Of a stretch of 64,000 nucleotides of DNA, positions 49,038 to 58,488 are shown one piece after another. Under the pieces are notes generated by a model, which was not told where the DNA came from, did not search any database, and worked only from the letters and a program-made list of their open reading frames with translations. The stretch is taken from contig JBOEGF010000023.1 of assembly GCA_050633305.1 (NCBI GenBank), forward strand, positions 64,001-128,000, in the 5' to 3' direction. A program made the translations under genes and the position numbers. This stretch comes from Nannocystales bacterium. Its GTDB lineage: Bacteria > Myxococcota_A > Polyangia > Nannocystales > Nannocystaceae. Positions within the stretch are counted from its first letter, which is position 1, and the number at the start of each line of letters is the position of its first letter.

Positions 49038-49772
49038 ATGCGCCGTCTCCTCGTCCTGGCCTTGCTGACCTCGGCCGGCTGTGACAACGACGACGCCGAT
49101 GCGGCGGCAAAGCGAGCATCGGACGCGCTTCGCAAGGCCAAGCAGGAAGCTCGCAAGGGCTACGACAAGGCGGAGAAGGGTGCCCGGGTAGGATACGCGA
49201 AGGCCGAGCGGGGCGTTCGAGCTGGTGCCGATAGAGCTGGCGTCGCCCTGCGCAAGGCCAGCGCGGGCGCGCACGACGGCTACATTGACGCCAAGGACCG
49301 GGTCAACGCCATCGACTGGGTGGCAGCGTTTGACGCGACCCGCGAGCAGCTCGACCAGGCCTCGGACGCCCTCAAGCCCGCGCCCACCGATCCCGGCCCA
49401 GCCGACGCGTGGTGGAACCGAGGGAGCGAGGCTGTCACCTGCGAGGCTCAGCGCTGCACCGTCGCCGCATGGTTCGTCACCGAGGCCAGAGGCAACCCCG
49501 TCCGCATGATGGGCGACGTCAAGGTTCTCACCGCGCTCGACGACTCGGGATGGCTGCTCGAGAGTGTCCGTGAAGGGAGCGCAGCGCATGTGATGGGCTT
49601 CCGCGCGGGCGACATCATTCGCACCATCGCGGACCGGCCACTTACAGATGGATTGGCGCGCATCGAGATCCTTGGCGTGCTACGAAAAGCGGACGAAGTC
49701 GAGACGACGTTTGTCCGGGTCGGTGAGACGGAGGTCTCGACACTGACGATTCGCTTCGAGACCCCGGGGTGA
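49038..49772 (+). CDS. Lipoprotein with C-terminal PDZ-like domain
   Basis: Lipobox SAGC; VREGSAAHVMGFRAGDIIRTI. Confidence 0.78.
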   Translation: MRRLLVLALLTSAGCDNDDADAAAKRASDALRKAKQEARKGYDKAEKGARVGYAKAERGVRAGADRAGVALRKASAGAHDGYIDAKDRVNAIDWVAAFDATREQLDQASDALKPAPTDPGPADAWWNRGSEAVTCEAQRCTVAAWFVTEARGNPVRMMGDVKVLTALDDSGWLLESVREGSAAHVMGFRAGDIIRTIADRPLTDGLARIEILGVLRKADEVETTFVRVGETEVSTLTIRFETPG

Positions 49773-49869
49773 GGCGGAATGCAGACTCAGAGTCCGCACC
49801 GCGCGACGGAAATCTGCGGCCCGAGATGATCGAGCAGCCACCCGCACGCACTACCCCGATGGACCCCTC

Positions 49870-50454
49870 ATGTACGCCGTCCCATTCGTTCTTCTTCTTG
49901 CCGGTGCGCCGAGCCCATCCCCGGGACCCGAGGCCACCACCGGACATGAGCACGGGTTCAATGGCGGCGCGTACCTGACGCTCTCCACGGGCGCCAACCT
50001 CTGGGTGGCAGAGAGCGGCTCGGCGCCGGCCGGCTTCAGCGCCGAGACGACAGGGGGGTATCTGTGGAGCTTCCCGAACCGGTTGAAGGTCTCCGTAGGG
50101 GGCGGATTCAAGCACCGCACGATGCACCTCGGAGCACGGTATGGACCCAGCTACGAGTCGGGCTGGCTCGCGGTCGTACGCGTCGGGGCTGGCACGGACC
50201 GGCTGTGGGGGTACGGACTGCTCTCGCCAGCGATCACGATGCGGAGCGACCCTCCCACCGTCGAAGGCGGATTCAGCGACGCGGGAGGCGTCCTCGCGTT
50301 CGAGGCTGGTGGGGGTGTGGCGGCCGTGGTGTGGCGTGGCTTGTTCGTGGGCGGAGAACTCACGCTCGACATGGGCGGCTGGGAGGCGCTACCGCGGCCC
50401 GAGGAGGGCCTCATCTATCTCAATGCCCGGTTCGTGACGGGCTGGTCGTTCTAG
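49870..50454 (+). CDS. Probable small outer-membrane beta-barrel protein
   Basis: Signal peptide; Gly/aromatic amphipathic strands; C-terminal FVTGWSF. Confidence 0.65.
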   Translation: MYAVPFVLLLAGAPSPSPGPEATTGHEHGFNGGAYLTLSTGANLWVAESGSAPAGFSAETTGGYLWSFPNRLKVSVGGGFKHRTMHLGARYGPSYESGWLAVVRVGAGTDRLWGYGLLSPAITMRSDPPTVEGGFSDAGGVLAFEAGGGVAAVVWRGLFVGGELTLDMGGWEALPRPEEGLIYLNARFVTGWSF

Positions 50455-50503
50455 CAGCCATCGAACCCCGCTCCGCTCGGGAATCTGCGGTACGGTTCTG
50501 GCG

Positions 50504-51184
50504 ATGCGGCGTTGCACCTTCGCTCTGATCGTCCTCGCGCTTGCTGGCTGCAGGCCAGACGTGCACATCCACGTCTACGACGACGATGGAGATGACACCG
50601 ACGGCACCCTCGATACGGACTCCGGCTTCTCGGGCTCTGCAAGCAATGCCGACACTTCCGCGAGCGACTCTGACGCTTCTGCCAGCGATTCCACCCCCAC
50701 AGCTTCCGCCTCAGCTTCCGCGTCAGCCTCAGCCTCAGCCAGCGCCAGCGACTCCGCCAGCGACGGCGACCCCAGTACGACCTCAGGGCCGACTTCGGAC
50801 AGTAACGGTTCGAGCAGCGACACCTCCGGTGGCGAAACCTCGGACGGTGGTGCCGCCTACCCGCAGCCAACCGACGGCGCGTGCCCAGACGGGTTCGGCT
50901 ACAACGCCGATGGGGGCTTCGAGTTCTGTGGACCGGAGTGCGGCGGTGGAAACACGTGTCCGGACACGACGACCGGCAACGTGTTGACCATGTGTGTCTT
51001 CAACCCCGACAGCTCGATGGCCGCGTGTGTCGCGGGCATGTGCGAGAACGTGGAGGAGGACTGCTTTGCCGGGGCGTGCATGCTCCCCGCCACGCACTGC
51101 GCACCGTTGTGCAGCACCGCCGACGCGGTGTGCCCCATCGGCATGGAGTGCACCAACAACAACGTATGCCGGTTCCCGATCTAG
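50504..51184 (+). CDS. Cys-rich lipoprotein with Ser/Ala linker
   Basis: Lipobox LAGC; (SA)n repeat; Cys-rich C-terminal domain. Confidence 0.8.
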   Translation: MRRCTFALIVLALAGCRPDVHIHVYDDDGDDTDGTLDTDSGFSGSASNADTSASDSDASASDSTPTASASASASASASASASDSASDGDPSTTSGPTSDSNGSSSDTSGGETSDGGAAYPQPTDGACPDGFGYNADGGFEFCGPECGGGNTCPDTTTGNVLTMCVFNPDSSMAACVAGMCENVEEDCFAGACMLPATHCAPLCSTADAVCPIGMECTNNNVCRFPI

Positions 51185-52317
51185 GGGGCGGGCTCGTACT
51201 GAAGGATCCGCTCAACGACCGCGTCCTCGTCGTCGCTGAGGAACAGCAGGTCAAAGTAGTCGTGCCCCGCAGCGACGTGCTGCAGCAGGGGCCAAACGGG
51301 GCGCGTCTTGGTCCAGTGCTCCGTCCCTAGAAACACCATCGGTGCAGGCGCGCCGTACGAAGCGTAGTGGTTTTGCGCCGCGTCCTGGAAGATCTCCTGG
51401 GTGGTCCCCGCACTCCCAGGGGCGAACACCACACCGTAGTTGGCGACCGCAAGGAGGCCTTCTTCGCGAACGCTGTTGGCGAAGTACTTGGCGATCATCG
51501 TCGCGAACGCGGCGGGGGGCTCGTGGCCGTAGTGCCAGGTCGGAATGCCGAGACTGTCGAACCGATGGGGCTGCGGCAACGGCAGCTCCGTCCGAACCCG
51601 AATCGCGCGGTGCAGCCAATCCGCATCGGCGTACTCCTTTCCCGGGACGGCGCCGTTGGGCCGCGGAGACAGAATCGACAGCGCGTCTTGCAACCGGTCG
51701 TCGTCGTCGAAGTTGGCGAGATACGCACCCAAGTGGGTGGCCTCCATCGCCCCTGGCCCCCCGCCGGACAACATGAAATACCCGCGGCGGGCCAGCGTCC
51801 GAGCGATGCGAGCCACGGCCGCGTACATCGGGTCTCGACGCTCCATGCTGTGGCCACCCATGATCGCCACGACCTTCCGCCCATCGAGCGCCTCCTCGAG
51901 CGCGTCGGTGATGCTGTGATCGTGGAGCCGCCTGGCGAGCGAGACCTCGATCGACACCGGCCGGTGCGCCCCCTGCTCGACGTACTGCAAGTACACCTCG
52001 TGATCGAGGGTCTTGGTCTGCGCCGCGGGGTCGTCGAGGTCGAAGTCCGCGAACAGCTCGCCCGGGGTGTACAGCGCCCGGCGGTGGGTCGAGAACTGGA
52101 AGTGCTCGCGATTCTTCAACACCACGGCCCCGGTGTTGACGAGATGCCCAGCCTCCAGATCCGTCATCTCGCAGCCGAGGAACAACGAGCCAGGAAAGGC
52201 TTGCCCACCGAACTCCTCCGCGAAGGGCCGCAGGTCCAGTTCCTGAACCGCAGCTGCGGGTCGATCGGACTCAGCAAGCCATGCAACCAGATCCTCGGAC
52301 GTCTCAATCTCTCGCAC
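51181..52317 (-). CDS. LOG-family (Rossmann-like nucleotide-binding) protein, long form
   Basis: AIMGGH, SGGGPGAMEA, KYFANSVRE, PGSAGTTQE. Confidence 0.88.
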   Translation of the reverse strand: MREIETSEDLVAWLAESDRPAAAVQELDLRPFAEEFGGQAFPGSLFLGCEMTDLEAGHLVNTGAVVLKNREHFQFSTHRRALYTPGELFADFDLDDPAAQTKTLDHEVYLQYVEQGAHRPVSIEVSLARRLHDHSITDALEEALDGRKVVAIMGGHSMERRDPMYAAVARIARTLARRGYFMLSGGGPGAMEATHLGAYLANFDDDDRLQDALSILSPRPNGAVPGKEYADADWLHRAIRVRTELPLPQPHRFDSLGIPTWHYGHEPPAAFATMIAKYFANSVREEGLLAVANYGVVFAPGSAGTTQEIFQDAAQNHYASYGAPAPMVFLGTEHWTKTRPVWPLLQHVAAGHDYFDLLFLSDDEDAVVERILQYEPAP

Positions 52318-52327
52318 GAACGCAAGC

Positions 52328-52906
52328 CTACTCGCCGCGGAGAAACGCGAGCAAGCCTTTGCGGACCTGTTCTCGGCTCTTCCATCGGTCGCCGCGCGCC
52401 GAATCTCCGCTGGGGCCTCCGCCCGAATCGAGCGCGTAGTAGACCGGGATCACGGGCGCGTCGAACCCCAGGTCGTCGAGGTCTTCGCCCCAAACATCGC
52501 TGTCGGCCCGCAACAGGATCACGCCTCCGAGCTGGGCTTTGACCCCGTCTTCGGCCAAGAGTGCTTTGGCCCGTTTGCACGGAGGACACCACGGCGCGCC
52601 CATCTCCAGCACCACCCGTTGGCCTTTGTTGGCCCCGCGCTTGGCGTGGAGCCGCAGTTGTTGTTGCAGCGGGCCCGCGGAGGGCTTCAGTTCCACAACC
52701 GACAGCGCAGCAGCGGGCTCGGGGTCGTCCGCGGGAACTGGCTCCGGTTGTGGCTCGGGCTCGGGCTTCGGCTCAGCTTCGCCCGGCTGTTCCTCCGACA
52801 CCACCAGGGGCCTGGTCTGAGGCGTTTTCGCCGTGTCCGTGGGTTGCGACGCGGAGACATCACAGCCCAGCACGAGCCAACAGGAGGCGAACAAGATGCG
52901 TTTCAT
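52328..52906 (-). CDS. Thioredoxin-fold lipoprotein
   Basis: Lipobox VLGC; APWCPPCK; IPVY cis-Pro loop. Start re-assigned to ATG 52906. Confidence 0.85.
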   Translation of the reverse strand: MKRILFASCWLVLGCDVSASQPTDTAKTPQTRPLVVSEEQPGEAEPKPEPEPQPEPVPADDPEPAAALSVVELKPSAGPLQQQLRLHAKRGANKGQRVVLEMGAPWCPPCKRAKALLAEDGVKAQLGGVILLRADSDVWGEDLDDLGFDAPVIPVYYALDSGGGPSGDSARGDRWKSREQVRKGLLAFLRGE

Positions 52907-54168
52907 CAGGCGGGACCTTTCTTGCGGCCTTGCTCGATCCAAGTTTTTAGCAAGACGATGTCGTCCATGGGGATCGGCGGAAGGCCAAGCGGCATTCCTC
53001 GGATGCCCTCCACCGGCTTCCCGGCGACTTCCGCATGCCGGGCCAGCAGGTGCGCGACGATCCGAGGCTGGCCATCCACCTCCTTGAACACACTGCGTCG
53101 CTTTCCATCGTCGTCGAGGCTGCCCGAACGCAGCCCCGCATAGGTCGACAGATCGAGGGCGCGCTTGGGGAAGCCGAAGCCCCCGTCGTACCCCGGGCCA
53201 CCATCGCCGATGACCACGTCCGGATCGGAGTGACAGTGGCGACAAATCTTGCCGAAGATGCGCTCGTGGACCTCTGCGTAGGTGACCGCTCGATCGAGCA
53301 CAGGGGGCAACACCGGCGCTTCGCCTGTGGGGACGGGTGCGAGCTCGGCCTCTTGCAGGTACGCCGCCATGTCGATCGCCTCGCCCCTCGTCACGCCGAG
53401 CGAAGGCATCGAGGCATCGGGCTTGACCGCCTTGGGATCGACAATCCAGGCGACCATGGCCGCGGGACGCATGCGTTCGCGGGCGAAGCGGAGGTCGGGC
53501 GCCATTTTTTGCCCGCGGGCGAAGACGTCCGGCGCAAGCGGCTGGGGCGTGGGACGTGCCGCGAGGGATGGGACGCCCGTCATCCGGTGGCAGGAAGCGC
53601 AGCCTTTCGACTCCAGCAACGCCCGTCCTCGCGTGGCATCGCCGGACTCGGGGACCGGCGCTTCCGCGGTCGGCACCAAGAATGCCGCGATCGCCTCTGC
53701 ATCCTGCTCTGGCATCGCGAAGCGCGGCATGCTCGCCAACAGGTTCGGGCGGACATCGTGCGCATCGGGCAAGAAACCAGCGACCCATGCACGGGAAAAA
53801 CGCTCGGTGCTCGTGAGGCTGGGGACCTCATCGAGCGACTGGAGTCGGCCCTGCCACTGCGCCAACTCCTCGGGGGTTGCCTCGAACGAGCCTGCGAGGA
53901 TCTGCTGGTGGCATCCCGCACAGTCGTAGTCGAGCTCGGGCGGCTCCACACCTGCGATGTCGTGACACCGATTGCACTGATACTGCGAAACCAATTCATG
54001 CCCGCGCTCGATCGTCGCAGCATCGGCGCCCACCTCCGGCAACCGCTCCGGTGGCGTCACGCCAGCGTCGACAGGAGGAGTGCGACGGGACTCCGTGACC
54101 TCCTGCGACGGGGTCTCGGAGTCACACGCCCCGAAGAGCAGCGCAAGGATGAGCAGGCCTCGGCGCAT
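52906..54168 (-). CDS. Tetraheme c-type cytochrome lipoprotein
   Basis: Lipobox FGAC; CNRCH, CAGCH, CASCH, CRHCH; Met-ligand-like MP motifs (SMPRF, SMPSL, GMPLG). Confidence 0.88.
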   Translation of the reverse strand: MRRGLLILALLFGACDSETPSQEVTESRRTPPVDAGVTPPERLPEVGADAATIERGHELVSQYQCNRCHDIAGVEPPELDYDCAGCHQQILAGSFEATPEELAQWQGRLQSLDEVPSLTSTERFSRAWVAGFLPDAHDVRPNLLASMPRFAMPEQDAEAIAAFLVPTAEAPVPESGDATRGRALLESKGCASCHRMTGVPSLAARPTPQPLAPDVFARGQKMAPDLRFARERMRPAAMVAWIVDPKAVKPDASMPSLGVTRGEAIDMAAYLQEAELAPVPTGEAPVLPPVLDRAVTYAEVHERIFGKICRHCHSDPDVVIGDGGPGYDGGFGFPKRALDLSTYAGLRSGSLDDDGKRRSVFKEVDGQPRIVAHLLARHAEVAGKPVEGIRGMPLGLPPIPMDDIVLLKTWIEQGRKKGPA

Positions 54169-54809
54169 CAGGCCACCGTGCAAATGTCGTCGCCTTCACC
54201 CAACTCGCGACAACGCTGCAGCGAAAGGTCCATCCCCGACACATCCCCAAGCCGTTGTTGTCCCTGAGCGAGCAGCGCAAACCCACGAGCAGTGGGCATC
54301 AGGTCATCGTTGGCGAGCTGGCTGAGCAACTCGACCGCCTGTGCATCCCCACCGGGCTGATGCATCAGCGCCTCGGCCAGGTACGTGCGCAAGAGGAGGT
54401 TGTCGGGCTCGGCGGCGGACTGAATCTCGAGGACGCTTGTGGCCCAGGCGAGGTTGCCCATCCGTCCGTCCGCGGTCTTGCCACGCATGCCTTTGCCGAG
54501 GTCGACCGCACCGTCCGAACGGACAGCCGCGAGGGCGATCGTCCGCTGAGCCCGATTGAAGAGCGCCTTCCCCGAGTCCGGCTCCCCGGTTGCGGCCGTG
54601 AACTTGCGGAAGCGCTTCCTCGCAAGCTTGGCCGCCCTCGACGTCTGGCCTCTAGCCAGCATGTGCTCGGCACGGTTCACGTCCTGCAGCTTGTGGTCGA
54701 CCTTCTGAACCCTGCGCCGCTTCATCCGCAGACACGCGTCCGCCCCTGAAGGGACCGCCATGCCCACCACCACCATCAGACCTGCCACCACTACGCCCTT
54801 CATCTTCAT
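54168..54809 (-). CDS. Exported helical/TPR-like hypothetical protein
   Basis: Signal peptide ending ADA-C; basic N-terminus; TGATG overlap with the cytochrome gene. Confidence 0.72.
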   Translation of the reverse strand: MKMKGVVVAGLMVVVGMAVPSGADACLRMKRRRVQKVDHKLQDVNRAEHMLARGQTSRAAKLARKRFRKFTAATGEPDSGKALFNRAQRTIALAAVRSDGAVDLGKGMRGKTADGRMGNLAWATSVLEIQSAAEPDNLLLRTYLAEALMHQPGGDAQAVELLSQLANDDLMPTARGFALLAQGQQRLGDVSGMDLSLQRCRELGEGDDICTVA

Positions 54810-55046
54810 CGTCGTCGGAACCTCCGTAGGGCTCACACGCATGAGAAGCGCAGAGGTTTTCCACCGATTGCAGAAACATCCCCGTTTCTGCCGTGTCCTC
54901 CGCCCAAGTCCCAGGAACCCGTCCGTCATCTCCCCTCGTCACCTGCGCCCTACGCGCATCGTACAGCGCGAATGCGCCCAACGACCGCTCCCGCAGCACT
55001 GCGCGTCGTCCATCCGCTCGGCAGACGCGGTGTACATTCCGGCCCG

Positions 55047-56354
55047 ATGAGCTCGCTGCTTGCGACCACCCCCCAAGCATTTGTGGACCAGCTGCGTAGC
55101 GTCGGAGGCCGAGGCTATGTGGTCCGCCGCGCCGAGTCCGGGAAACTCGAGAGCTCGCACCCCCTGCTCGACCCGATTCGCGAGTTGTTCGAGCACGACA
55201 CCCGCGACTTTCTCGACCACGAGGGTGTGTTCTTCGAGGTTGGTGCCGACAGTGGCGCGCTTCTGACCGCGTTCGTGCACCGAACCCGACGGGGTCAAGC
55301 GGCCGGCGGCCTGCGTCATTGGCCCTACCCCACGCTCGAAGCTCTAGTTCGCGACGGGCTCCGGCTGGCGGTGGGCATGACCCGAAAGAACGCGATGGCC
55401 GGGCTGTGGTGGGGCGGCGGCAAGGGCATCATCGCCCGGCGGGACGATGTCGACTGGCAAGACCGCGCCTATCGAGACCTCGTCTATACCGAGTACGGCC
55501 GCTTCGTGAGCTCATTGGGAGGCTGCTACGTCACGGCCGAGGACGCGGGCACCACCCCTGCGGACATGCGAGCGGTGTTCGAAGGCACCCGCCACACCAC
55601 GTGCATTCCCGCCGAACAGGGCGGCTCGGGCAACCCGTCGGGACCCACCGCCGTCGGCGTCGTCTGTGCCATGGAAGCCGCGCTCGACGTCACCGGTCGC
55701 GGCACACTGGTCGGAAAGCGCATCGCAATGCAGGGTGCGGGAAACGTCGCGACGTTCATGATGTCTGCGCTCCTCGAGCGCGGCGTGGCTTCGATCATCG
55801 CCTCGGACATCAGCGAGTCTCGGATCGCCGAGCTCCGGTCTCGGTTCGAGGGCGCGCCCGTCGAGCTCCGACACTGCGCCCCCGACGACCTCTCGATCTT
55901 CGAAACCGCGTGCGATGTGTTCGCGCCCAACGCCCTGGGCGGCATCCTCAACCCAGGAACCATCGAGCGACTCAACACCAGCATCGTCTGCGGCGCCGCG
56001 AACAACCAGCTGCTCGATGACAAGCGAGACATGGACGCCCTGGTGCGTCGCAAGATCGTCTACGTGCCCGACTTTGTCGCGAACCGGATGGGCATCGTGA
56101 ACTGCGCGAACGAGGCGTACGGCCACGTTCCGAACGACCCCGCGATCGCACGCCACCTCGAGCGAGACTGGGAGCAGAGCGTGTTCAACATGACTCGGCG
56201 TGTCCTCCTGCGTGCGCAGGAAACCGACACAACCACGGCCGAGGCCGCGAACGCACTGGCGGACGAGCTCGGCGCACAGCTCCATCCGATCTGGCCGCTG
56301 CGGGGCCAGCAGATCATCGAGGGGCTGGTCGGCAACGACTGGGCGAAGCCGTAG
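55047..56354 (+). CDS. Glu/Leu/Phe/Val dehydrogenase family protein
   Basis: GGLR, GMTRKN, GGGKG, TAEDAGT, QGAGNV, CGAANNQL, PDFVAN. Confidence 0.93.
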   Translation: MSSLLATTPQAFVDQLRSVGGRGYVVRRAESGKLESSHPLLDPIRELFEHDTRDFLDHEGVFFEVGADSGALLTAFVHRTRRGQAAGGLRHWPYPTLEALVRDGLRLAVGMTRKNAMAGLWWGGGKGIIARRDDVDWQDRAYRDLVYTEYGRFVSSLGGCYVTAEDAGTTPADMRAVFEGTRHTTCIPAEQGGSGNPSGPTAVGVVCAMEAALDVTGRGTLVGKRIAMQGAGNVATFMMSALLERGVASIIASDISESRIAELRSRFEGAPVELRHCAPDDLSIFETACDVFAPNALGGILNPGTIERLNTSIVCGAANNQLLDDKRDMDALVRRKIVYVPDFVANRMGIVNCANEAYGHVPNDPAIARHLERDWEQSVFNMTRRVLLRAQETDTTTAEAANALADELGAQLHPIWPLRGQQIIEGLVGNDWAKP

Positions 56355-56973
56355 CGACTGCTTCACGAAGCGACTGGTCACGTCTTCGATTGCCTTCACA
56401 TCCGTCGCGCCACGTCGCAACCGCGGCCACTCCCCGGTGCAACCGAGGAGCATCGAGGGACCTTGCGTGGACACGCGCCGCCGTCGAAGGTCAGTCCGAG
56501 AGCTGTCGCCACTGCCTGCCGCGCCCAAGCGAGCGCCGACCTCCTGGGCGGTCGCTGCAGGCGTGTCCCCGAACCGGTTTGCCGAGGGCGCCGCGATCCC
56601 AACCGTGCATCGCTGCGTTCCGTAAGCGCGCGAAGCAACCGCGTCTGAAGTGGGAAAAGCTGTTCGGCCTGCCCCTGGCGGGTTTGGTCAAATCGGGACT
56701 TCGGCGCGGCACTGGGCTTCGTCGCGGAACATGAGGGTCCCCGGCCCGCCCTCGGTACGACATCGCGAAGACGAAGCTCCGGCCGCCGCAATGCGACGTG
56801 ATGAGTGCTGCGCAAACTCGTAGGCCGTCGTGTGCGCCTTGACATGGCACGTCCCCCGAAACGCTGTGACGGGGCGTGGTTAGTGACCGATGGCCCGTCC
56901 GAAGAATTCTTCGACTTCAACGCTACGCGGCGATGGCTGTCACGTCGCACATCCCGAAGAGACGAGTTTGCCA

Positions 56974-58152
56974 ATGTACTTTCGATATGTCGTTGCTGTG
57001 GTCCTGTGTGCTTGCTCGGCGGGCGGTGATGCCGACGGCACCGAGCCGTCAACAGACGCTGGAACAGGCGGAACAGGCGACGGTCCGCACGGCGCGACAG
57101 GAGGGAGTGGGGTCGAAGTCGAGGCCGAGGCCGAGACCGAGGCGTCTGCAGTCACGACGACGTCTGCAGACTCGGGTCAGGCAGAGGGCGACAGCGACAC
57201 GACTGGGGGCCAGGACGTCGCCGAGATCGTTGCTTTGTCCAGTGCCGCTGCTCATCGCTGTGCGGTCATCGAAGGCGGGACGTTGTGGTGCTGGGGCCGA
57301 AACGACGACGGAGAGCTGGGCAACGGTCAGCGCGGGGGCCTCAGCCCTGTGCCGGTCCAAGTGATCTCGAGCGCTGTGTTCACGTCGGTTGCCGTCGGCT
57401 CTTTCGGCGGGGGTAACTCGATCGCAGTTTCGGATGACGGAACCGTGTGGCGCTGGGGAGAGCGCGCAACCTCGGTCCCCACCGAAGTGTTGGGGTTGCC
57501 GCCCGCGGTCGGAGTTGCCACCGGCAGCGCCGAGCACTGCATCATTGCCGAGGACGCGAGTCTGTGGTGCTGGAGCCCGCTGGAAGCACCATCGCAGTCC
57601 GAAGTCTCGGGCGTTGTCGACGTGACACATACCAGTGCCGGTTTTCATTTCTGTGCCGCGTCGTCGGACGGGGTTGTTCGGTGTCGCGGCGGCAATGACG
57701 ACGGGCAGCTGGGTACGACCGACCCTGTGGGTTTCGTGATGGGACCACCAAGCGGCGGCCCGGTCCGTGACCTCCGGACATGGAGTTCGCGAGCAAACCT
57801 CCAACTCCACGGAGGGTCGTGCCTCGTCCCTGCCGACGGGACCTTGTGGTGCTGGGGCGCAGCGGCGGGAGTGAACGGTTCGGAAGCTCAGCAGATTGCG
57901 GGCCTGAGCAACCTGGCGAGTATCGGCAGCACCCGCGGCCCCTACCTCCGACAGGACAGCACCGTGATGATCGACCGCGACGGAACGCTCGAGCTGCTGT
58001 TGGACGACGTCACGTTGATCGGTCCGTCGTGCGCTGCCAAGGACGACGGAACGATCTGGTGCTGGGGCTCGAACGCCAACGGCGGCCTGGGCGATGGCAC
58101 CGTGGACGACAGCGACGATCCGGTTCAAGTGACGCCGAGCTGGCTGGAATAG
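56974..58152 (+). CDS. RCC1/BLIP-II-repeat lipoprotein
   Basis: Lipobox LCAC; repeats GTLWCWGRNDDGELGNG and GTIWCWGSNANGGLGDG. Confidence 0.88.
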   Translation: MYFRYVVAVVLCACSAGGDADGTEPSTDAGTGGTGDGPHGATGGSGVEVEAEAETEASAVTTTSADSGQAEGDSDTTGGQDVAEIVALSSAAAHRCAVIEGGTLWCWGRNDDGELGNGQRGGLSPVPVQVISSAVFTSVAVGSFGGGNSIAVSDDGTVWRWGERATSVPTEVLGLPPAVGVATGSAEHCIIAEDASLWCWSPLEAPSQSEVSGVVDVTHTSAGFHFCAASSDGVVRCRGGNDDGQLGTTDPVGFVMGPPSGGPVRDLRTWSSRANLQLHGGSCLVPADGTLWCWGAAAGVNGSEAQQIAGLSNLASIGSTRGPYLRQDSTVMIDRDGTLELLLDDVTLIGPSCAAKDDGTIWCWGSNANGGLGDGTVDDSDDPVQVTPSWLE

Positions 58153-58300
58153 TCGGCCGTCGCTCAGATCCACAGGGTCGGGGGGCTAGCGAGGGCGGCG
58201 TACGACGAGGCAGATCGTGTTGGGCACGCCCCACCCGCCAGCGACAACCGGACGCGGACTTCCGTCTGTCTCGTCCAGTTGGGTCGAAGCGCCGCCGTCC

Positions 58301-58480
58301 AGGCGATTAGGCGAAAGAAGCGGGAAAAAGGCGGTGCGAAAGAGTACGGCTTCCCGCCCGCGAGGCCGGTGGTCGCGGAGCGCGCCAGGGCCGGCTTTTG
58401 GATTGGGCCTGAGCGTGGCGGAGCGAAGCCATCGGCGAAAAAAAGCGGGCCCGATGGGCTGCGTGAAGCCACGCGGCCCA
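58301..58480. repeat. Dispersed ~180-bp intergenic repeat, copy 1
   Basis: Collinear blocks shared with 63741-63918: GGGAAAA, AAGAGTACGGCTTCC, TCGCGGAGCG, GGATTGGG, GAGCGAAG, GCGGGCCCG, GCGTGAAG, GCCCA. Confidence 0.8.
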
Positions 58481-58488
58481 AGTGAGGA

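Noticed and set aside
31445..53788. Apparent N-terminal extensions of ORFs 31445-33307, 43780-47055 and 52328-53788
   Set aside because: The extensions overlap neighbouring genes or regulatory DNA; signal peptides and lipoboxes mark downstream starts.
56355..56973. Small gene, or a third repeat copy, in the 600-bp gap after the dehydrogenase
   Set aside because: The ORFs lack motifs and typical codon bias; similarity to the 58301/63741 repeat is limited to GGGAAAA.
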